Origin: Candidatus Bathyarchaeota archaeon | GTDB lineage: Archaea; Thermoproteota; Bathyarchaeia; Bathyarchaeales; Bathycorpusculaceae | Direction of reading: 5' to 3' | Assembly (NCBI GenBank): GCA_026014705.1 | Contig: JAOZHU010000008.1 | Location: forward strand, 17,833-81,832 | Length of the DNA: 64,000 nt | Shown: piece after piece, positions 55,565 through 63,272 of the stretch | How the letters are laid out: each line of letters opens with the position of its first letter | Numbering within the stretch: position 1 is the stretch's first letter | Notes under the pieces: model-generated | What the model was told of the DNA's origin: nothing | Database searches by the model: none | What the model saw: the letters and a program-made list of their open reading frames with translations, nothing else | Translations under genes and position numbers: made by a program

Positions 55565-56221
55565 TTAGAACTTTTTGATGTACCCGACACAGATACCCAC
55601 CGCCGCCAAGGCAACCACAACGCCCATCAGACCATACATTGCCGTCGTTACCGGGGCAGTCCGCGAATAGTTAGCTATGGTCACCACAATATAACCCGCT
55701 ATTTGACTGTTTTGCGGGTGCCCAGCAACGTTAATGTCAGTCAACGTGAAACCTGAATGCGCTGTTTTGTAGATCTGACTTGAGCCACTGTACACTGTCA
55801 AATATGTGCCGTCGTATTGAAAAGTCACAGTTTTGGAGTATGAGGAAACGGTTTTTTGGTACACTGTTCCTGTCTTTGTCCAGTTAGTGTATTTGTACAA
55901 GTATTCGGTCAGTTGGCCGCCTTCAGCTACGGTGTCGTGCTCCCAGCTTATTCCCCATCCGTCATGATCTGGATTTGCGATTTGCACTAAAAACCATGCT
56001 GTGTCATTGGTTGGCGCAGAAACTTCATGCAAATTTGAGAAATCCACAGTTACAGTGAAATTGCTATATGAGTTATCCAGCGTATCCCAGTACTCTGTGT
56101 ATATTTGGTCTTCGTTGAATGTGTATACTTCATTTGTTGTCGCAGCATAGACAGGAGTTGCTATAGCGATGCACAGCACTGCCAATACTGCAAGAGTCAG
56201 AAGTGCGTTCCGCCGGTGCAT
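55565..56221 (-). CDS. secreted beta-sandwich protein with C-terminal TM anchor (candidate envelope/structural protein)
   Basis: Start at ATG 56221, 11 nt after GGGAGG. Signal peptide LLTLAVLAVLCIAIATPVYA. TM helix ending GYIKKF. The upstream part of the 265-aa track ORF is rejected. Confidence 0.55.
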   Translation of the reverse strand: MHRRNALLTLAVLAVLCIAIATPVYAATTNEVYTFNEDQIYTEYWDTLDNSYSNFTVTVDFSNLHEVSAPTNDTAWFLVQIANPDHDGWGISWEHDTVAEGGQLTEYLYKYTNWTKTGTVYQKTVSSYSKTVTFQYDGTYLTVYSGSSQIYKTAHSGFTLTDINVAGHPQNSQIAGYIVVTIANYSRTAPVTTAMYGLMGVVVALAAVGICVGYIKKF

Positions 56222-56238
56222 TTGCGGATCCGCCTCCC

Positions 56239-56346
56239 TTAGAACTTGCCAAATTTCTTCAGCAAGCCAAGGACCATTCCAAGCATGGCGAAGGTGATGA
56301 TTAGGGGCATCCATTCGAGCACAGTGGATGTTATGTCTGAGCTCAT
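56239..56346 (-). CDS. 35-aa hydrophobic mini-protein
   Basis: GGAGG lies 9 nt upstream of the ATG. Translates to MSSDITSTVLEWMPLIITFAMLGMVLGLLKKFGKF. First gene of the leftward unit. Confidence 0.45.
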   Translation of the reverse strand: MSSDITSTVLEWMPLIITFAMLGMVLGLLKKFGKF

Positions 56347-56385
56347 TCGCTTTATCCTCCAAAAGATACTCTCATGTCCCAAATA

Positions 56386-56425
56386 AAACATTTGTTAAAC
56401 AAAATGGTTAACAATGTTTAAATTT
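56386..56425. promoter_or_regulatory. divergent control region: imperfect inverted repeat and TATA-like box
   Basis: AAACATTTGTT (56386-96) and AACAATGTTT (56410-19) form a 10/11 inverted repeat. TTTAAATTT (56417-25) lies about 28 nt upstream of the leaderless-looking ATG at 56449. Confidence 0.4.
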
Positions 56426-56448
56426 AAGTGTTTTGTTATATTTGGTAC

Positions 56449-56619
56449 ATGGAAAAGAACGAGTGCGGCAGACTTAACCTCTACCTTCCAAAAACCCTCA
56501 TTGCTTGGCTAACAAAACAAGCAGAAAGCAACCATCGAAGCCTCAACAACTACGTTACCGTTGTTCTTGAAGACCATAAAAAAGAGAAGGAGACAGCACC
56601 ATGTATATCGGTGCATTAA
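56449..56619 (+). CDS. ribbon-helix-helix regulator, 56 aa
   Basis: MEKNECGRLNLYLPKTLIAWLTKQAESNHRSLNNYVTVVLEDH is an RHH pattern. First gene of the rightward unit. Confidence 0.55.
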   Translation: MEKNECGRLNLYLPKTLIAWLTKQAESNHRSLNNYVTVVLEDHKKEKETAPCISVH

Positions 56620-56843
56620 TCCAGTTCCCAGACGGCGCACGGAAAATAGTTGAGTCAATAAGCGAACACGACTCCATAGCCATAGCCAAATTCATGGGCA
56701 AAATCGCCAAGTACGCCAAAAAAGAAAACAAGCTTGTGAAGGTGTGCGCTGACGACGTCAAAGCTCTCAAAGCTTTGTCGAAAGCGCTCGGCGGCGTAAC
56801 GGTTGAATGGGGAGTCATAGAGAGGGAGTACCCATGCGAATAA
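56601..56843 (+). CDS. hypothetical 80-aa protein
   Basis: GAAGGAGA lies 8 nt upstream. Overlaps both neighbours. Confidence 0.45.
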   Translation: MYIGALIQFPDGARKIVESISEHDSIAIAKFMGKIAKYAKKENKLVKVCADDVKALKALSKALGGVTVEWGVIEREYPCE

Positions 56844-58384
56844 ACTTGATTAAAATCAGTAGCGTCCTGATTTTTGCACTTCTGCTTTTAACAGCAACAG
56901 CTCCTAATTTTGCGAAAGCAATAGAGTCACAAACGGTAACCGTTTTTCCTGTTGCTGACGCCATGTGTGACAGCTTTAAACCTGACGAGAATTTCGGGTA
57001 TGCGAGCACTTTTACCGTTGGCGTCCAAGCAGATACGAGCATAAGAAAATATTACGCTAAATTTGACTTGTCAAGCTTCAACCTATCAAACATAATTAGT
57101 GCAAAGCTAAGGTTTTTGCCATTTCAAACGTCAAGCTCCTTCGCGATGGACATACACGAATGCGAAGATTACTGGCAGGAACCTACAATTTGTTGGAATA
57201 ATGCACCGTTCCAACAAAGCAAAGTTGGCGATTGCTGGATTGGCGACACTGGCATATGGTACGAGTTAAACGTTACATCCTTCGTAAAAACAGAATATGA
57301 TAAAGTCTGGAGTGTTGTATTTACTAACCAAACGGCAGTGGCAAACGCGGTAGCCTATTTCTTTAGCCGCGAAGACAGTCAATACTCTCCGAGGCTTATC
57401 ATAGAGTACATTCCACAACAAAGCACGCCTCCATCCGCTTCAGGCGGGCAATGGACATTAACGGGGGTAAGCGGTAACTGGAGCTACTCTACGGATCCAC
57501 TTCTGCTCGCGGGGGAAGGATGGAACGCTTCCCCCGCTTTCGCCAACTTCACCCACGGAAACCTGAACAAGACCTTTGCTGATGGGGAAGGCTTCCAAAT
57601 CAACTTCACCGTCAGCATTCAAGGCAACCGTCGTGAGTGGTGGTGGATTGAAGGCACCAAACGATTCTACTTTAGCCTTGGGATTCACGGTACTAATGAC
57701 GCAGCATATACGTTGTTCTACATTGCGCATGAACAAGGGTTTGCTTGGAGCAGCAGCGAAGCAAAAGTTGGCACACAACAGCAATACAATATTGGCAAGC
57801 CATGGCCGAGCTTGCAGGTTGGCGAAACAGTTGACACAACAGGCGCCGTGTACTATATACAAGTAATCCGTGTCAACGCCACTACGGCTAAAGTTGTATA
57901 TGCCACTAACGTGTTTGGCAACGACTTGGAAATTACTGAAGGCAGCATAAAAACCTTTAACGAAACGCTTACAGTGGATTCGTCAGTTTGGGATAATCCA
58001 GTGCTTAACTTGTACGCTGGTCATGACGGCAGTGGCACCTTTGAGTGCGTTTTTGGCGATGTGTACGTAGGCACCATAACAGGTTTTGAAGATCAAACAC
58101 CAACGCAACTTAACCCTAACCCGTTCCAATGGCTAATCGACGGTTTCAATTTTATTTGGGGTTTGGCTACCATGATAGGCGCCTTTGCAGGCGCGTTTTT
58201 GCCAATTTTGCCATGGATATTCCTGTTTTACGCTTTAGATGTAATAGTGACAAGCGTCCAAGTCGGCAGCGTACAACCAATCGGCAAATTCGCCCTGATG
58301 ATCTGGGAATTCCTGCTCAAGGTATGGTTCGTGCTCGTGCGTATTGGCCAACTCATCTGGGATGCGATAACTTTCTGGACGTGA
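56834..58384 (+). CDS. spike-like secreted protein: signal peptide, DNRLRE/CBM-like N-domain, C-terminal multi-TM region
   Basis: Start at ATG 56834 after GAGGGAG. PVADAMCD...NFGYAS...YYAKFDLSSF...AKLRF...YWQEPTICWNNAP pattern. The last ~90 aa form 2-3 hydrophobic helices. Confidence 0.6.
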   Translation: MRINLIKISSVLIFALLLLTATAPNFAKAIESQTVTVFPVADAMCDSFKPDENFGYASTFTVGVQADTSIRKYYAKFDLSSFNLSNIISAKLRFLPFQTSSSFAMDIHECEDYWQEPTICWNNAPFQQSKVGDCWIGDTGIWYELNVTSFVKTEYDKVWSVVFTNQTAVANAVAYFFSREDSQYSPRLIIEYIPQQSTPPSASGGQWTLTGVSGNWSYSTDPLLLAGEGWNASPAFANFTHGNLNKTFADGEGFQINFTVSIQGNRREWWWIEGTKRFYFSLGIHGTNDAAYTLFYIAHEQGFAWSSSEAKVGTQQQYNIGKPWPSLQVGETVDTTGAVYYIQVIRVNATTAKVVYATNVFGNDLEITEGSIKTFNETLTVDSSVWDNPVLNLYAGHDGSGTFECVFGDVYVGTITGFEDQTPTQLNPNPFQWLIDGFNFIWGLATMIGAFAGAFLPILPWIFLFYALDVIVTSVQVGSVQPIGKFALMIWEFLLKVWFVLVRIGQLIWDAITFWT

Positions 58385-58388
58385 AAAC

Positions 58389-58907
58389 ATGCCACAAGTG
58401 AAAATGAAACTTGAAATCCGAGACAAAGACCAAACATTCACCACCAAAGCCACATACGACCCAGACACGCATCTGGCAATCGCACAGCGCAAGTTCCGAC
58501 AGCAATTCCCCACCAAATACGTAGTCTCCCCAGACGACATAGTAAAACATATTACAACACGTGGACGGATCGAGTTGAAAGCCGATGTCAGCGTAGAAAC
58601 CCGCCATAGCATTCGCATAGCGCCGAACCCAGATTGGAAATCCATGTCTGACGAGCAGAAAATAGCCACGGAACATAAACCGCCAGATGTGCCAGACAAA
58701 AGCTTCAAAATTGACCTGCACGACCTGAAAACACTATACCAAGAACTCAAAAACATGCTTGACTACTTCACCGAAAGAAGCTACTGGGACAGCTTAATCA
58801 AAAAAGGCAAACTCTCCATAAGCACAATCCTGATCCTGCTCACCGCAGGCGGCGGACTATTCTACCTCATCCGCGACATAATCCTGCCAATCTTCGGAGC
58901 GCACTAA
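58389..58907 (+). CDS. hypothetical protein with C-terminal TM helix
   Basis: 172 aa. Ends LSISTILILLTAGGGLFYLIRDIILPIFGAH. Confidence 0.5.
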   Translation: MPQVKMKLEIRDKDQTFTTKATYDPDTHLAIAQRKFRQQFPTKYVVSPDDIVKHITTRGRIELKADVSVETRHSIRIAPNPDWKSMSDEQKIATEHKPPDVPDKSFKIDLHDLKTLYQELKNMLDYFTERSYWDSLIKKGKLSISTILILLTAGGGLFYLIRDIILPIFGAH

Positions 58908-58910
58908 AGC

Positions 58911-59288
58911 ATGGATGACAGCGAGAAAGCGCGACTCAAGAAAGAACTCATGCAGCGCTTAGGACTAAGCACCAAAGAAGAAGCCATAGCCAAATCAGTC
59001 ACCGAACTAACCGACAAAGACAAACTAAAAATGATGACAAACCTGCTTCAAGGCGAGGATGCTTCATTCGCCACGCTCAGCGTCATAGCAGACAGATACA
59101 AGCTGCCATGGCTACGCCAAACCGTAGACGAAAGACTCGAGCTTCGCATGAGCGTGAGCGGGTGGAAAGCCAACCAAATAGTCACGGTAGCAACAGAGAA
59201 AATGAAGGAGATCCGCCGAAGCCTCAGAGACAGGATATTCCATCGTGGCGAGAAAGGCAGCAAATGGCAAGTAGAGGAATTCGAATGA
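58911..59288 (+). CDS. hypothetical 125-aa protein
   Basis: Charged, helical. Lies 3 nt after the upstream stop, and its own stop overlaps the next ATG. Confidence 0.45.
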   Translation: MDDSEKARLKKELMQRLGLSTKEEAIAKSVTELTDKDKLKMMTNLLQGEDASFATLSVIADRYKLPWLRQTVDERLELRMSVSGWKANQIVTVATEKMKEIRRSLRDRIFHRGEKGSKWQVEEFE

Positions 59289-59374
59289 TAGAGCTACTGG
59301 TGCATTTCTTGATTGGCTTTGTTGTTGGATTCGTTATTGGAATCTCATTGCATCCCATTTCCAAGGGTGATTAA
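59285..59374 (+). CDS. 29-aa TM mini-protein
   Basis: ATGA overlap with the upstream gene. Translates to MIELLVHFLIGFVVGFVIGISLHPISKGD. Confidence 0.35.
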   Translation: MIELLVHFLIGFVVGFVIGISLHPISKGD

Positions 59375-59376
59375 AA

Positions 59377-59715
59377 ATGAGTTTTCAACCTAAAAAGAAA
59401 TATGATATCGAGATGCAAACACTCCAAACGCTTAGCCAGAAACTCGCAGCGAAACGGAACGACCTTGCCGACTACGCTTGCAATCTTAACGCTGACAAAC
59501 TCGCAATACTCGACTTGTACATCAAAGCCTATGAAAAAGAGGGTCCTGAATTTACCGACTGGTTGAAAGGCATGCGCGAGCAACTTAAGCTCCAAGGCGA
59601 AGCCTTGTGGATCATGCACGCAGACGTGCTCACAAACCTTGGTTTGAAAGTTGGAAAGACTGGAATGAGGGAGATCAGTGGAAAACGCAGCAATGGTCCA
59701 GACGCCCCAGTATAG
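59377..59715 (+). CDS. hypothetical 112-aa protein
   Basis: Starts 2 nt after the previous stop. Helical, no domain recognised. Confidence 0.45.
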   Translation: MSFQPKKKYDIEMQTLQTLSQKLAAKRNDLADYACNLNADKLAILDLYIKAYEKEGPEFTDWLKGMREQLKLQGEALWIMHADVLTNLGLKVGKTGMREISGKRSNGPDAPV

Positions 59716-60475
59716 TGAAGCGTTAGCTGACATAGTTTCACAGTTTTTTAAACAGTACAAGTATCCCGTCTGCGTCATCTATGGCAACCCCGACACAGGA
59801 AAAAGCGACACCGCCTGCCTATTCGCCGAAATCGCACTCAACGAGAAATGCATAGACTACTTTGCGTCGAATATGAGTACTTATGGTCATGGCGAGAAAA
59901 TTACTTCGTTACAGGATGTCAACTACTGGTTTGCTCATCAAGTCGGAAAGAAACTGTTTATTCTTGATGAAGCTGGAATCCATGATGATACGCGCTCGCC
60001 GCTTAGCGGATTAACCCGCAAGATACGCCACAGCGTCTTTGTGACCCGCAAGTTCTTTGGTCATTGGATCTTCATTCTGCAGGATATCAAGGACTTGGAT
60101 ACTTGGAAAGACAGCGAGCTCACAGGCATGATCGTCAAGAAGCAAGTGTTCGGCAACGAGTTTGTTGCAAAGATCAAGTGCAAGTGGAACGAGGACCTCA
60201 TAACTGTCCGTGACTTCCCGAAAGCCACATTGCCATTTGACACGTTGGATATTGCACCATTCACTCTCGAACGGCAACTCACAGACGAAGAACTGGAGCT
60301 GAAGGGCACGCCGAATAAAGTCGCGTACCTCTATGCGGCGACTGGGAATTTTAGCGTTATTTGTAAGCAGTTGAAGCAGGATACTGGGCAAGAGTGGAAG
60401 CCTATGCAAGTGAAGCGTGCGCTTCAGCAGTACATACGGCAAACCCTGCGAGCACATGAATCGCCTGAAAATTAA
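59678..60475 (+). CDS. P-loop NTPase (Walker A/B)
   Basis: Walker A is GNPDTGKS (aa 36-43) and Walker B is KLFILDEAG. The start could be the internal Met at 59693. Confidence 0.65.
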   Translation: MENAAMVQTPQYSEALADIVSQFFKQYKYPVCVIYGNPDTGKSDTACLFAEIALNEKCIDYFASNMSTYGHGEKITSLQDVNYWFAHQVGKKLFILDEAGIHDDTRSPLSGLTRKIRHSVFVTRKFFGHWIFILQDIKDLDTWKDSELTGMIVKKQVFGNEFVAKIKCKWNEDLITVRDFPKATLPFDTLDIAPFTLERQLTDEELELKGTPNKVAYLYAATGNFSVICKQLKQDTGQEWKPMQVKRALQQYIRQTLRAHESPEN

Positions 60476-60577
60476 AAAACCCGTTAATTAACGCAGTGCG
60501 TAGTGTTGAGGTACCATCTCAAGTTTTGTTAAGTTTTCGGGTTTAGGCGTGGTTTCTCCATGCTTTAGACTAATAAT

Positions 60578-60940
60578 CTAAAGTTCGCTACGTAACAAAG
60601 GACGTTTTTCATGTGAGAATTTGGGGAGTTGCTGTTGACCGCAATAAAGATTTTCAGACATCTTAATTTGCATCTTGGTCTTCTTAGTCAGAGCAGCTCG
60701 CGTAATTGCAGTTCCCTGGGATAGACTATAACTCTTTGCAAAGTTGTTCTTCCGAGTTTGAGTCTTAATCGCTAATGTCCAATGCGGAAGAATTCTTTTT
60801 GTCTCAAGGTATATGTTTGGGTCAGCGACGCATCTCTCACAAGCGAAAGCTTTGACGTATCCGCTGACGCTAGTCAAGCCGATTACTATGCCGTGGTCGC
60901 TGTGGAACCCGCATACGCAGCAGTTCATTCCCCGTTCCAT
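60578..60940 (-). CDS. zinc-ribbon-containing hypothetical protein
   Basis: 120 aa. N-terminal CCVCG...CERC. Confidence 0.4.
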   Translation of the reverse strand: MERGMNCCVCGFHSDHGIVIGLTSVSGYVKAFACERCVADPNIYLETKRILPHWTLAIKTQTRKNNFAKSYSLSQGTAITRAALTKKTKMQIKMSENLYCGQQQLPKFSHEKRPLLRSEL

Positions 60941-61278
60941 CCGATAACCGTACCCGCCAACCGCTCCCAGTGGCGCTCACATAAACCCACCCTTCGTTTG
61001 TCGCCTTTCGCCGTCTTGTACTGCACATAAAGAAGCGGATTCATTTGGCAATCTTTGCATTTGTGATACTCTGCGAGGCGCATGGCATTAAGCGGTCGGC
61101 TAATGTCAGCGCCATCATGCCGCATTGGAAGGTCTCGCTCGTCTGAAATTATATATTTCTCAAGAGCATCGTGTTCTTGATGGACTTTGCATGCTGAAAC
61201 ACGATTTTTTACTTGTACATGTTGTTTTTCCATGACACCAATCAAGCAATTTCCTCCACTAAATTCTTTCAAATTCAC
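60925..61278 (-). CDS. Cys/His-rich hypothetical protein
   Basis: 117 aa. HKCKDC...CERH pattern. Lies downstream of int(C) on the same strand. Confidence 0.4.
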   Translation of the reverse strand: MNLKEFSGGNCLIGVMEKQHVQVKNRVSACKVHQEHDALEKYIISDERDLPMRHDGADISRPLNAMRLAEYHKCKDCQMNPLLYVQYKTAKGDKRRVGLCERHWERLAGTVIGWNGE

Positions 61279-61368
61279 AAATAGATGCTAATTTTCCATG
61301 AACAGCAAATAAGTGAGCATATGTGAAGTCGCCAAGGCTACACTCTTTTCTTAAAGATATGCCAAGCC

Positions 61369-62262
61369 TCAAACTTTCACCTTCTCTTGTATCTCGCTTA
61401 TACCCTGAAACACACGAGTCCTCAAGTCTACAATCAACGCAGGATTGAAGTAGTGCTGCATGAACACGCTTCCCGTTACCCTGCCATGCAGAAAATCAAT
61501 CTCTTGCTGCTTGAGATACTTTGTCATAAACGTGGCATGTGCCTCACGCACGTCGCTGAACCGCAAAGGTAAAACCCGCTTCGTGCTCGTTTGAATCGTG
61601 AACTTGTTAAGCTGCTTACTTTCCGCTACGTGATACACCAAGTCTTGTGGCACAAATGACACAAATGCCTTTTTCGTATTCCGCAGAAAGAGCTCTTTAA
61701 ACTTGTAATGCTCCAGCACCGCCTTGTCATGCACGTAGTAATCAGCGAGCTTTCGCTCCGCCGCCAACTTAATAACCAAATTGTAAGCCGAAACAGCTTC
61801 AACAAGCCGCAAACCCGTCACCGCTAAAAAGTCCACGAATACAGCAAACTCAGGACGCAACCGCTTCAAATCACGGATCCACTGCCAAATTTCCTCAGGG
61901 TTCTGTATTTTATTTAGTCGCTCAATAAACACATCATCCTTGCTTTTACCTGCCCACTTCAAATTATACTGGGATGCCAACCGCCGCCAATCATCATACT
62001 CACCACGAAACTTGGCCAACGCACTAAGCGAAGCCATAACCAACCGCCGCTTCCCAGCACTAAACCCAAGCAACGCCGACAAATCACGCCCTAAAAAGCA
62101 ATCCTGAAAACTCCGAGCGTAATTCGCCATGTACCGCGCAACATGCGGCTTATGCTTCCCCTCACTCAACAACCACTCTTCAAACTTAACCCAGAACTCC
62201 CAACCGAGGGAGTCGCGAGAACCGCGGGTTTTCGCTTCGCAATCAAGAAGCCGCGGGTTCAA
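61369..62262 (-). CDS. SSV-type tyrosine integrase, C-terminal catalytic fragment int(C)
   Basis: AVTGLRLVEA (Arg), DVREAHATF, FLHGRVTGSVFMQHY (His-x-Arg ... Tyr) contexts. The 5' end runs into attR. Codons NPRLLDCE are the antisense of the tRNA T-arm and anticodon stem. Confidence 0.8.
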   Translation of the reverse strand: MNPRLLDCEAKTRGSRDSLGWEFWVKFEEWLLSEGKHKPHVARYMANYARSFQDCFLGRDLSALLGFSAGKRRLVMASLSALAKFRGEYDDWRRLASQYNLKWAGKSKDDVFIERLNKIQNPEEIWQWIRDLKRLRPEFAVFVDFLAVTGLRLVEAVSAYNLVIKLAAERKLADYYVHDKAVLEHYKFKELFLRNTKKAFVSFVPQDLVYHVAESKQLNKFTIQTSTKRVLPLRFSDVREAHATFMTKYLKQQEIDFLHGRVTGSVFMQHYFNPALIVDLRTRVFQGISEIQEKVKV

Positions 62263-62279
62263 ATCCCGCCCGGTCCACT
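62236..62279 (+). repeat. attR (44-bp core, orphan tRNA-Ala 3' half)
   Basis: Identical to 49082-49125. Followed by the host oligo-T tract. Confidence 0.9.
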
Positions 62280-62305
62280 ATTTCTGAAGTTCTTGGGGTG
62301 GGTGC

Positions 62306-62319
62306 TTTTTTCTTTTTTT
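62306..62319 (+). terminator. oligo-T tract, displaced terminator of tRNA-Ala
   Basis: TTTTTTCTTTTTTT lies 27 nt after attR, where the original tRNA 3' flank would be. Confidence 0.4.
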
Positions 62320-62399
62320 GTTTGGTGTGTTTTTATTTTGATTCGGATTACGAATCTGAATAAGTAATGTTTATTAAGAATTAAGATTTAATATACAGT

Positions 62400-62690
62400 T
62401 TGCGTTGCCACAACCAAGTGGCAATGAATCGACTGAAAGAAGGAACCAACATGAAAAAAGAAACAAACGCCACCGAACCCTACTACTACATAGCCTTAGT
62501 AGTAAAGGGCACAGAAAAACAATACCTAAACCTTCTCAAATACCTCAAAAACCGCAACAAATCCCAAGTAATATACCAATGCAAATCCCTCACCTACCTC
62601 CGCATAGCCAGAGACAACGGCGTCAAAATTCAAGCTGCCCACATCGGACAACAGCTTGAAACTGAAACACAGGGAGGTGCTGCACCATGA
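62400..62690 (+). CDS. hypothetical protein
   Basis: The track ORF. The likely start is an internal Met (62424 or 62451). Its stop overlaps the next ATG (ATGA). Confidence 0.35.
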   Translation: MRCHNQVAMNRLKEGTNMKKETNATEPYYYIALVVKGTEKQYLNLLKYLKNRNKSQVIYQCKSLTYLRIARDNGVKIQAAHIGQQLETETQGGAAP

Positions 62691-63247
62691 AAAACTTCTT
62701 AAGGAATAAGCGAGCTTTAGGCACGTCAGTAGCCAACCTCATCGTCATAACAGCCACTGTGCTACTGTCTCTCACCGTGACAACTTTTGCCATGAACATC
62801 ACCGCAAGTCAAGTGCAGAAAGAAAGCATGTACATTGCAAGCAGCCACATATGGTACGTCAACAGCACCTACAGCATCGGCGCAATAGCCGCCACCAACA
62901 CCGGACCAACCGACATTGTGCTAACAAGACTCGTCATTAAAGGAATGCAATGCGCTTGGAACGGCGAAACAAATTTCGTCGTCTACTGCAAAGAACAGAA
63001 TTCACCCGGCGACCTGCCTTTCGTTGCAAACCTAACCCGAGAAGACAACGTCATAGCCATATCGAACTCCACCTACACTTTCACCGCTACAAGCGAAGGA
63101 TTGACGCTTAAATCAGGCTGGACAATCATGTTCTACATCGTCATACCTGAATGCATAATGGTTTACGACTTGGGTACACCCGTGCGCATAACACTCGCTA
63201 CAACTCAAGCAGTCTACTGCACTGAAACCAATGTCCAAACATCGTAA
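62687..63247 (+). CDS. archaeal type IV pilin-like protein (class III signal peptide)
   Basis: The N-terminal KRALGTSVANLIVITATVLLSLTV resembles a prepilin-type signal (basic residues, small residue, ~20 hydrophobic residues). A beta-rich domain follows. Confidence 0.45.
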   Translation: MKNFLRNKRALGTSVANLIVITATVLLSLTVTTFAMNITASQVQKESMYIASSHIWYVNSTYSIGAIAATNTGPTDIVLTRLVIKGMQCAWNGETNFVVYCKEQNSPGDLPFVANLTREDNVIAISNSTYTFTATSEGLTLKSGWTIMFYIVIPECIMVYDLGTPVRITLATTQAVYCTETNVQTS

Positions 63248-63272
63248 AAACCACTAACATTCGGCGGAAGAG

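Larger units (their letters stand above)
49082..62279. mobile_element. integrated provirus/plasmid-like element (~13.2 kb) with SSV-type partitioning integrase
   Basis: Perfect 44-bp direct repeats lie at both ends, each matching the 3' half of tRNA-Ala. The split integrase frames join through att. The interior is AT-rich and made of small overlapping ORFs. Confidence 0.85.

Noticed and set aside
56222-56362. N-terminal 47-aa extension of the 265-aa ORF (MEDKANELRH...)
   Set aside because: Its TTG start lies inside the SD of a different-frame 35-aa TM ORF. The secreted protein has its own ATG (56221) with GGGAGG 11 nt upstream and a proper signal peptide.
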